The notes beneath the pieces were generated by a model. It saw only the letters and a list, made by a program, of their open reading frames with translations, was not told where the DNA came from and searched no databases. A stretch of DNA of 64,000 bases from Candidatus Woesebacteria bacterium GW2011_GWA1_38_8 (lineage in GTDB: Bacteria > Patescibacteriota > Microgenomatia > UBA8517), in the NCBI GenBank assembly GCA_000993025.1, contig LBVJ01000001.1, forward strand, positions 29,699 through 93,698, written 5' to 3'. Of the stretch, positions 48,022-55,543 are shown piece after piece. A program made the position numbers and the translations under genes. Numbering within the stretch: the stretch's first letter is position 1; the number at the start of each line of letters is the position of its first letter.

Positions 48022-48047
48022 CCTCACTAAAGTGTGAGGTATTTTTA
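48022..48047 (+). terminator. Rho-independent terminator after tRNA-Asp
   Basis: CCTCAC-taaagt-GTGAGG stem-loop followed by TATTTTTATT. Confidence 0.5.
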
Positions 48048-48091
48048 TTCGTAAAACGGGACGAGAAGTTTATGGTGAGCCAGCCGAACCA

Positions 48092-48114
48092 AGTCCCGTT
48101 GACCCCGCAAATAA
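48092..48114 (+). repeat. Direct repeat of the tRNA-Asp 3' end (att-like)
   Basis: AGTCCCGTTGACCCCGCAAATAA at 48092-48114 is identical to 47993-48015 (last 16 nt of the tRNA plus 7 nt). 23/23 identity, 76 nt apart. Confidence 0.6.
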
Positions 48115-48160
48115 TAATTTCTCCTTATTTTAGGTAATTTTTATATATTATAATTAAGCC

Positions 48161-48517
48161 ATGAAAACAAATGACTTTGGTTTTTGGGTTTCTTTAGAAG
48201 AAATAATAAAAAGTTCATCAATATTAATTGACCGACCCAAAGGTACAGCCCATCCAAGATATTCAAGTTTTATTTATCCAGTAGACTACGGTTATCTAGA
48301 AGGAACTACTTCCATGGATGGGGGTGGAATTGATGTTTGGAGAGGGACTGGAAATAATGGCTTTGATTCAATACTTTGTGTGGTTGATGGAATTAAAAAA
48401 GATTCAGAGATAAAAATTTTAATTAATTGCTCCGAAAAAGAAAAACAAGAAATATTAAAATGTCAGAATTTTGGAAAAATGAAGGCAATATTGATATATA
48501 AATTTAATGAAGATTGA
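48161..48517 (+). CDS. Hypothetical small protein with family-I inorganic-pyrophosphatase-like core motifs (truncated/divergent)
   Basis: 118 aa. DRPKGTAHPRY...YPVDYGYLEGTTSMDGGGIDVW parallels PPase EIPKGS.NKYE...YP.NYGFIP.T...DGDP.DVLV, but the protein is ~60 aa shorter than a PPase and lacks several catalytic Asp/Lys positions. Confidence 0.3.
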   Translation: MKTNDFGFWVSLEEIIKSSSILIDRPKGTAHPRYSSFIYPVDYGYLEGTTSMDGGGIDVWRGTGNNGFDSILCVVDGIKKDSEIKILINCSEKEKQEILKCQNFGKMKAILIYKFNED

Positions 48518-48683
48518 TAAAACAGGTTCTAACTGCGTCAATGGTTCGCCACCTTCGTCTCGCTGAAGCTCAACTTCGGCTATGTGAAACCCGCTTACAT
48601 TAAAATTTCAGCAAGGTAAAACCCTTTTATAGATAGCGAGAAATGCAGATTAAAGTTGCTCTAGGTTTGATATAATCAATTTA

Positions 48684-50564
48684 ATGCTTCAGAGCAAGGA
48701 AATGGATAATGTTGAGATCGCAAATTTACTTCGAAACGTTGCGGCAGCTCTTCAGATCCAAGACAAGGATGACAATAAATTCAAGATAATTGCCTATGAA
48801 CGTGCAGCTGATGCGATTGAGCATCTATCAAGCGAGGCAAAAGATATTTATGATGAGGGAAAACTTGAAGATATTCCAGGTGTCGGAAAATCGATCGCTA
48901 AACATTTAAGCGACATCTTTGAAAAGGGAATTTCAAAGGAACTTGATACCCTTCTTTCCCAAATACCGTCTTCTGTATTTGAACTATTGCCTCTTGATGG
49001 AATAGGACCAAAGCTTGCCTATAAACTTGTCACAGAACTAAAAATTGAATCACCTAACGCTATTTCAAAACTAAAGGTTTTTGCAGAAAGGGGAAAGATT
49101 GAAAACCTTGAAGGATTTGGAATAGAATCTCAAGCGGGTATTTTAAAAGCAATATCCGATTATAAAGGGAATGTAAAAAGACATTTACTCAATTATGCTG
49201 AAGGTATTTCAGGAATGCTGATTGGCTGGATGAAGAAAGATGAAAATACGGTTAGTGCAGATACCTTAGGAAGCTTGAGAAGAAGAGCTTCAACCGTGGG
49301 AGACATTGATATTGCAGTTGCTTCAAATAATCCCGATCGATCTATCGAGCATTTTATTAATTATCCCGATTCCAAAAGAACTCTCGAAAAAGGAGATAGA
49401 AAGGCATCAATATTAATACCCGGTAATATTCAGGTTGACCTTCGCGCGCAAGAACCCGATTCATATGGAGCATTACTTCAGCATTTTACAGGAAGTAAGC
49501 ACCACAATATTGCCCTTCGCGAATATGCATTAAGTCTAAGTCCAAGTTTAAGTCTAAGTGAGTATGGAATCAGAAAAATTAGTAAACAAGAAACAGTAAA
49601 CAGTAAACAGAAAACAGGATTCAACAAGCGGATTACAAAAATATTCAGAAAAGAAGAGGAATTTTATAACTATTTGGGACTGGAGTGGATACCGCCGGAA
49701 CTTCGAGAAGGTGGAAGCGAAATACAATTTTCACTAGAGAAAAAACTTCCAAAAATAGTCGACTGTACGGATATTAAAGGAGACTTGCAGATTCATTCAA
49801 ATTTTGATATTGAAACAAGTCATGATCTCGGCCTTTCTTCATACGAAGAGATAGTGGGTAAAGCAAATGCTTTGGGTTATGAATATGTAGCATTTACAGA
49901 GCACAATCCAAGTCGTTCGAAACATACAGATGCTCAAATTATAGATTTACTGAAAAGAAAGAGGGAAACAGTAGAGAAACTAAATGAAGCAATAAGCAAT
50001 AAGCCGTTAGAGATAAGCAGTAATCGGAAAACAGAAAACAGTAAACAAAAAACCGTTATCGGGATAAAAAGGGTGTTCAATTCACTTGAGATCGATATAC
50101 TATCCGACGGTAATCTGCCAGTACCTGAAAATGCACTTGAAACGCTGGATTTTGCGCTGGTATCAATACATTCAAATTTTAGATTAAATAAAGTAGAAAT
50201 GACTAAAAGAATTATTTCAGCTCTTTCTCATCCGGTAGTATTAGTATTGGCTCATCCGACAGGAAGGAAGTTGAATGAGAGGGAATCTATTGAGGCGGAT
50301 TGGGAAAGAATATTCGAATATTGCATTAATAATAAAAAATTGATCGAGATAAACGGCGACCCTATGAGACTTGATCTCCCCGATCATTTAGTGAAAACAG
50401 CTGTTAAAATGGGTGTGGTCTTCTCGTTGGGTACAGATTCACACCACATTGATCATATGGATAATATGCGTTACGCAGTAGATGTTGCAAGACGCGGATG
50501 GGCAGAGAAGAAGAATATTGTAAATACACTAACATTAACGGAGATTGAAGAAGTGATTAAGTGA
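48684..50564 (+). CDS. polX: DNA polymerase X family (Pol beta-like nucleotidyltransferase + HhH, C-terminal PHP phosphoesterase domain)
   Basis: HhH IPGVGKSIAKHL and DGIGPKLAYKL; catalytic GSLRRRASTVGDIDIAV; HFTGSKHHNIALRE; PHP domain (HSNFDIETSH..., AFTEHNP, HPTGR, GTDSHH); 626 aa. Confidence 0.85.
   Translation: MLQSKEMDNVEIANLLRNVAAALQIQDKDDNKFKIIAYERAADAIEHLSSEAKDIYDEGKLEDIPGVGKSIAKHLSDIFEKGISKELDTLLSQIPSSVFELLPLDGIGPKLAYKLVTELKIESPNAISKLKVFAERGKIENLEGFGIESQAGILKAISDYKGNVKRHLLNYAEGISGMLIGWMKKDENTVSADTLGSLRRRASTVGDIDIAVASNNPDRSIEHFINYPDSKRTLEKGDRKASILIPGNIQVDLRAQEPDSYGALLQHFTGSKHHNIALREYALSLSPSLSLSEYGIRKISKQETVNSKQKTGFNKRITKIFRKEEEFYNYLGLEWIPPELREGGSEIQFSLEKKLPKIVDCTDIKGDLQIHSNFDIETSHDLGLSSYEEIVGKANALGYEYVAFTEHNPSRSKHTDAQIIDLLKRKRETVEKLNEAISNKPLEISSNRKTENSKQKTVIGIKRVFNSLEIDILSDGNLPVPENALETLDFALVSIHSNFRLNKVEMTKRIISALSHPVVLVLAHPTGRKLNERESIEADWERIFEYCINNKKLIEINGDPMRLDLPDHLVKTAVKMGVVFSLGTDSHHIDHMDNMRYAVDVARRGWAEKKNIVNTLTLTEIEEVIK
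49531..49560 (+). repeat. Hexamer microsatellite (AAGTNN)x5 inside polX, encoding LSLSPSLSLS
   Basis: taagtctaagtccaagtttaagtctaagtg, in frame, in the linker between the polymerase and PHP domains. Confidence 0.5.
49583..49617 (+). repeat. Heptamer tandem repeat (xAAACAG)x3-4 inside polX; a related second copy lies at 50026-50054
   Basis: aaacaagaaacagtaaacagtaaacagaaaacag and ggaaaacagaaaacagtaaacaaaaaacc both encode the peptide NSKQKT; three units = 21 nt keep the frame. Confidence 0.5.
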
Positions 50565-50686
50565 GTTAATGTTTATTAGCGATTGAAATTGGATGGAGGT
50601 TGTTGGAAAATAGAAAGCGGTAATATATAAAAGAAATTTGTAGGTAGTATTACTTGCCAATTTCTCTGTTATATAAATGAAAGGCG

Positions 50687-51277
50687 GTGATAATGATATA
50701 TATGATTTGGATAATAATAATACCTTTAGTACTTATGGTGTTTTACGTTATAAGTATTTATAACTTTTTTGTTTCAAGCAAAGCAAGGATAAAAGCATCT
50801 ATTCAGGAGATCGGTAATCAATTAAAAAGACAAGCGGAACTTATTCCTAATTTGGTAACTTCGGCAAAAGGTTATCTAAAACACGAAAAAGGGATATTTG
50901 ATAAGTTGACAGAAGCACGAAAATCCATTGATAGAGCTATTGAATCCGGTGATGTTCAGAAGATGTCGGATGCCGGAGGGAAATTAGCAGAAATTCTACC
51001 CGGACTAAAAGTTGTTGTTGAAAGCAATCCTGAAATTAAAGGTGCTGAGGTGGTTACAAAATTGATGGAGGATCTCAGAGATACATCGGATAAGGTAATG
51101 TATGCAAGACGACTTTTGATAGATCTATCTGCTGACTACAATGTAAAAAGAGTAAGTTTTCCTTCAAATATTATAGCCAGTATGTTTAAATTCGAAGAAG
51201 TTGAGGGACTAAAGACCCCTGAAGGAAAAATGGAGGTAAAAGAAAGCGAGATGCAGACACCGAAAGCTGAATTATAA
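50687..51277 (+). CDS. lemA: LemA-family protein
   Basis: N-terminal TM then NFFVSSKARIKASIQEIGNQLKRQAELIPNLV...YARRLLIDLSADYN, matching the LemA signature (..QL.RR.DLIPNLV...Y.). Confidence 0.8.
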   Translation: MIMIYMIWIIIIPLVLMVFYVISIYNFFVSSKARIKASIQEIGNQLKRQAELIPNLVTSAKGYLKHEKGIFDKLTEARKSIDRAIESGDVQKMSDAGGKLAEILPGLKVVVESNPEIKGAEVVTKLMEDLRDTSDKVMYARRLLIDLSADYNVKRVSFPSNIIASMFKFEEVEGLKTPEGKMEVKESEMQTPKAEL

Positions 51278-51376
51278 TACTAATCAACTAATTGGGACTA
51301 ATGCAACCAATACCTACCAATATTAGAAATTGGTGGTTTGTTTTGGATGTGGAGAAATGAATTAGTAATTATTTGT

Positions 51377-52254
51377 ATGAAAAATTTTTACGAGGTTAAA
51401 CAAAATAATATTTTCAATTCCTATTTAATAGTAATTTTATTTTTTATATTTTCTTTTATTGTTATTTATGTTCTGACAAAGGCGTATGGAATGTATATGG
51501 GGTACGAAATTGGTGGATCAGGCTTTATAGGTATTGCTTTAATATTTTCTGGTGTATCTACATTCATTAGTTATTACTTTAGCGACAGGATCGTTCTATC
51601 CCTGTCCAGAGCAAAGCCGGCAAATAAAAAAGAGCACTATTATTTTTATACTTCTGTTGAAAATCTGAGTCTCTCGCAAGGAATGCCAATTCCAAAGCTT
51701 TATGTTATTGAAGATACGGCCCCCAACGCATTTGCTACAGGAAGAAATTACGACCATTCGGTGATATGCGCAACAACAGGACTTTTGTCAAAACTCAACC
51801 GAACTGAGCTCGAGGGAGTACTTGCTCACGAACTGACACATATTAAAAACTACGATATGCTTTTAATGTCTGTCGTATCTGTAATGGTGGGTATTATCGC
51901 ACTCCTTGGTGATTGGTTGCTGCGCTCGGCTTGGTTTGGGGGTAGAAGAAATAGCAACGACGATAATAAAGGACAACTGGGAGCTGTAATAATGCTATTG
52001 GGAATTATTTTTGCAATTTGGCTGATGCGGGTTCTGTTGAAATTACAAGACAACCAAGTGGACTTATTTCTGCTCTTCAAAAATTGTATCACGATAGAGA
52101 ACCTTTGGAGGCTGCGAATAAAGCAACCGCGCATTTGTATATAGTTAATCCATTTAAGGATAATATTAAAGGTGCTGTGGGATGGTTTTCAAATCTTTTT
52201 AATACGCATCCACCGATAGAGAAAAGGATCTCGGCACTCCAAGAAATGCTCTAA
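51377..52254 (+). CDS. htpX: HtpX-like M48 zinc metalloprotease with an apparent frameshift near 52013-52030 (pseudogene or assembly indel)
   Basis: Start ATG 51377 (MKNFYEVKQNN...). HExxH motif LAHELTHIKNYD and membrane helices in frame A up to ...GIIFAIWL. The conserved C-terminus (L)ADAGSVEITRQPSGLISALQKL...FNTHPPIEKRISALQEML continues only in another frame (ORF 52018-52254). Frame A after 52022 gives unconserved sequence. Confidence 0.7.
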
Positions 52255-52297
52255 ACTACTTGTTGACACTATACGTAATAAGTTGTTAACTTCAAAC

Positions 52298-52393
52298 ATG
52301 ACTGGACAAGTCGGTATTATAGTCTTGGTAGTTTTGGCGATTTCTGCGGTTGTCATCCTCATACTTGCAAATAAATTTACACATAGAAGATAA
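52298..52393 (+). CDS. Possible small hydrophobic peptide (31 aa), unannotated in ORF track
   Basis: ATG...TAA ORF MTGQVGIIVLVVLAISAVVILILANKFTHRR (single TM, basic C-terminus) in the 205-nt gap upstream of gatC; no clear SD. Confidence 0.25.
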   Translation: MTGQVGIIVLVVLAISAVVILILANKFTHRR

Positions 52394-52459
52394 AGCTTCA
52401 TTCTCCTTACATACATTAGTCTTTCGCATCTAAGTAAAAAGAGTTATCATTTACGGGAT

Positions 52460-52762
52460 ATGATTAAAATTAAGCACTCTGAAATAGTACATCTGGCAGA
52501 TCTGGCTCAAATAAAAATAAATAAGAAAGAAATCCAGAAACTTTCTCTTCAGCTTTCCAAAATCGTCGATTATGTGTCCGAACTAAATGACGTAGATACC
52601 AAAAATGCTGTTCCCACAAATCAGACTACTGGTCTAACCAATGTCACAAACGATGATTTGACTTCTATTTCTCTTAAGCAAGAAGATGCCGTCGGGCAAA
52701 GTAAAAATATTTATCAAGGTTTTTTTAAAGTCCCTATTACTATAAAAAACAAAATAATTTAA
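52460..52762 (+). CDS. gatC: Asp/Glu-tRNA amidotransferase subunit C
   Basis: 100 aa; EIVHLADLAQIKINKKEIQKLSLQLSKIVDYVSELNDVDTKNAVP matches the GatC pattern (V.H.A.LARL.L...E......L..IL.YV..L...DT..V.P). Directly precedes gatA and gatB. Confidence 0.8.
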   Translation: MIKIKHSEIVHLADLAQIKINKKEIQKLSLQLSKIVDYVSELNDVDTKNAVPTNQTTGLTNVTNDDLTSISLKQEDAVGQSKNIYQGFFKVPITIKNKII

Positions 52763-52765
52763 TTC

Positions 52766-54181
52766 ATGACTACGCAATCAACAATTGAAAAAAACCAAAA
52801 ATTGCTTCTTGAAAAAAAGGCCAGTATGCGCGAATTGGTCGATGCGTATTTAAAAACAATCCAAAAATACGATGGTGTTTTAAACAGTTTTATCACGGTA
52901 AATAATGAAATTTCTTTAAAAAAAGCAGATCTTGTTGATAAGTTGTTGTCAAAGAACGATAAAGTTTCTATTTTATCGAAGTTGCCTCTTTTAGGAACCG
53001 TTGTTTCATACAAGGACCTGTTTTTAACAAAGGGTATCCGAACAACGGCAGCCTCAAAAGTTTTGGAAAGTTTTGTACCACAATACTCGGCAACTGTTGT
53101 TGATAAACTAGAAAATGCCGGTTGTATAAATATTGGAAAAACAAACTGTGATGCTTGGGCTCACGGAAGTTCTGGTGAAAACTCCGATTATGGGGTAACT
53201 AAAAATCCTTGGGGTGTTGAATATGTACCGGGAGGATCTTCAAGCGGTTCTGCTGTATCGGTATCTGCAAATATGTGTACGGTCTCTTTGGGAACGGACA
53301 CATGCGGATCCATCAGATTACCTGCAAATTATACATATACTTACGGACTGAAACCTACTTACGGCGCCGTATCAAGATACGGTGTGATAGCAATGGCATC
53401 ATCACTGGATTGTATTGGACACTTTTCAAAAACAGCAGCAGATATTAAAAAAGTCTTTGAAATAACCAAGGGAAGAGATCTTAAAGACGCAACTCTTGAC
53501 GAGAAATCCTACAATAAAAAATTGACGAACATGGTGATTGGCGTACCTGATGAATTTTTCCAAAACGGATTATCCGATGAAGTTTCATTAAATATCAAAA
53601 AGGCAATCTCTCTATTTGAAAAGAACGGTGTTAAATTTAATAAAATTAATTTGCCGCACACTAAATACGGAATATCTGTCTATTACATCATCCAACCTGC
53701 AGAGGTTTCATCAAATTTATCAAGATATGACGGTATCAGATACGGGAAAGGAAGGGATGCTTTTAGCGAAGAAGCAAAAAGAAGAATCATGCTAGGCACA
53801 TATGTTCTATCTTCGGGTTATTATGATGCATATTATTTAAAAGCTATGAAGGTTAGAAGCGTTATCATTAGGGAAATTGACCAAGCTTTTAAAAGCTGTG
53901 ATGCGATAATCGCTCCGGTTTCCACAACACCTCCTTTTAAATTGGGTGAGAAAATATCTGATCCACTAAAAATGTATTTAACAGATATTTATGCGGCAAC
54001 AGCAAACCTCGCTGGAATTCCAAGCCTTGCCATTCCTTTTGGATTCACCAACGACGGTATGCCGCTTGGTTTCCAGATAATGGGACCAAGATATTCTGAA
54101 AATCTACTATTCCATCTGGCAGAAAATTTCGAAGCGTATTCTAATTATACGATCAAAAACCCTGACATATATAACCTTTAG
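52766..54181 (+). CDS. gatA: Glutamyl-tRNA(Gln)/Asp-tRNA(Asn) amidotransferase subunit A (amidase signature family)
   Basis: Amidase signature GGSSSGSAVSVSANMCTVSLGTDTCGSIRLPA; catalytic Ser-cisSer-Lys layout; 471 aa. Confidence 0.9.
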   Translation: MTTQSTIEKNQKLLLEKKASMRELVDAYLKTIQKYDGVLNSFITVNNEISLKKADLVDKLLSKNDKVSILSKLPLLGTVVSYKDLFLTKGIRTTAASKVLESFVPQYSATVVDKLENAGCINIGKTNCDAWAHGSSGENSDYGVTKNPWGVEYVPGGSSSGSAVSVSANMCTVSLGTDTCGSIRLPANYTYTYGLKPTYGAVSRYGVIAMASSLDCIGHFSKTAADIKKVFEITKGRDLKDATLDEKSYNKKLTNMVIGVPDEFFQNGLSDEVSLNIKKAISLFEKNGVKFNKINLPHTKYGISVYYIIQPAEVSSNLSRYDGIRYGKGRDAFSEEAKRRIMLGTYVLSSGYYDAYYLKAMKVRSVIIREIDQAFKSCDAIIAPVSTTPPFKLGEKISDPLKMYLTDIYAATANLAGIPSLAIPFGFTNDGMPLGFQIMGPRYSENLLFHLAENFEAYSNYTIKNPDIYNL

Positions 54182-54184
54182 CCT

Positions 54185-55537
54185 ATGAAAAAATACAATT
54201 ATGTTCCCGTTATCGGTCTTGAAGTACATATTGAGTTAAGTACTAAAAGGAAAATGTTTTGCGATTGTTCATCTGAGCATTTTCAGATCAAACCGAACAC
54301 AAATGTATGTCCAATCTGTCTCGGACTCCCCGGAGCTTTGCCATATCCAAATAAGGAAGCTGTCAAAAAATGTATCAAGTTCGGGATTTCTTTTAATTGC
54401 ATGATCAATAAATTTTCAAAATTTGACAGAAAACACTATTTTTACCCCGATCTTTCCAAGGGTTACCAAATTAGCCAGTACGACATTCCTTTTTGTGAAG
54501 GTGGTCATTGGAAATCGTCGGTCAATAGTGTATTTAGGATAAAAAGGATACATCTTGAAGAAGATACAGGAAAGATCCAGCATCGAAAGATTGGTAGTGA
54601 ATATTTTTCCCTTATTGATTTTAACAGAAGCGGAGTTCCTCTTATGGAATTGGTAACGGAACCTGATTTTTCTAATATAAATGATGTATTGGATTTCGTT
54701 AAAGATGTCCAGCTCGCGTCAAGATATTTAGAAGTATCAAATGCGGATATGGAAAAGGGGTCCATGAGATTGGAGGCTAACATTTCACTCCGGAAAGAGG
54801 AAACAGGAAAAAGAGATCAAATGAAGCGTCTCCCGGATTACAAAGTGGAGTTAAAAAACATAAATTCATTCCGGTTTTTACGGTCTGCCCTTGAAGCGGA
54901 AATTAAAAGACAGACGGATATATTGAAAATGGGTGATAAAGTAATTCAGGAAACCCGCGGATATAACGAAAAAACTCACCAGACTTATTCTCAAAGATCG
55001 AAAGAGGAAGCAAAAGATTACAGATACTTTCCGGAACCGGATATTCCTCCCATATTACACCAGAGCAAAGAGATTGATATCATTAAAACCGATATCCCTG
55101 AAATGCCTTGGATGAAACGACAAAGATATAAAAAAGATATTGGTTTAAAAGATGAATATACAGAGATATTTCTTAAAGACCGGAAACGTTCAGCATATTT
55201 TGAACAAATCCTCTTATTGAATAAAAACAGCGGTTTGGATCTATCATATATTGCCGATCAAATAGTAAATAAGAATTTAGACCTTAAATACCAAAGTCCT
55301 CAGAAACTATTAAATGCATTGAGTGTAGAAAAAAATAAAACATACGCAAGCAGTAAAGAAATAAAAAATGCTGCCGATTCCGTATTGAAAGAAAATACTA
55401 AAGCAATTGAAGATCTTAAAAATGGCAAGATACAAATACTGGGGTATCTGATCGGTAGCATACAAAAAAAGTTGAACGGCAAAGGGAATATAAACGAAAT
55501 CAGAAGATATATTGAGAACGCGTTGATGGAAAATTAA
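54185..55537 (+). CDS. gatB: Asp/Glu-tRNA amidotransferase subunit B
   Basis: N-terminal YVPVIGLEVHIELSTKRKMFCDCS; conserved HLEEDTGK motif; C-terminal YqeY/GatB tail; 450 aa. Confidence 0.9.
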   Translation: MKKYNYVPVIGLEVHIELSTKRKMFCDCSSEHFQIKPNTNVCPICLGLPGALPYPNKEAVKKCIKFGISFNCMINKFSKFDRKHYFYPDLSKGYQISQYDIPFCEGGHWKSSVNSVFRIKRIHLEEDTGKIQHRKIGSEYFSLIDFNRSGVPLMELVTEPDFSNINDVLDFVKDVQLASRYLEVSNADMEKGSMRLEANISLRKEETGKRDQMKRLPDYKVELKNINSFRFLRSALEAEIKRQTDILKMGDKVIQETRGYNEKTHQTYSQRSKEEAKDYRYFPEPDIPPILHQSKEIDIIKTDIPEMPWMKRQRYKKDIGLKDEYTEIFLKDRKRSAYFEQILLLNKNSGLDLSYIADQIVNKNLDLKYQSPQKLLNALSVEKNKTYASSKEIKNAADSVLKENTKAIEDLKNGKIQILGYLIGSIQKKLNGKGNINEIRRYIENALMEN

Positions 55538-55543
55538 ATATTA

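Noticed and set aside
47561-48027. Minus-strand ORFs 47561-47833 and 47830-48027 and plus ORFs 45356-45553 / 45432-45617
   Set aside because: They overlap the tRNA-Asp gene and its tandem repeats, or the tRNA-Gly gene, so they are artefacts of translating structured RNA regions.
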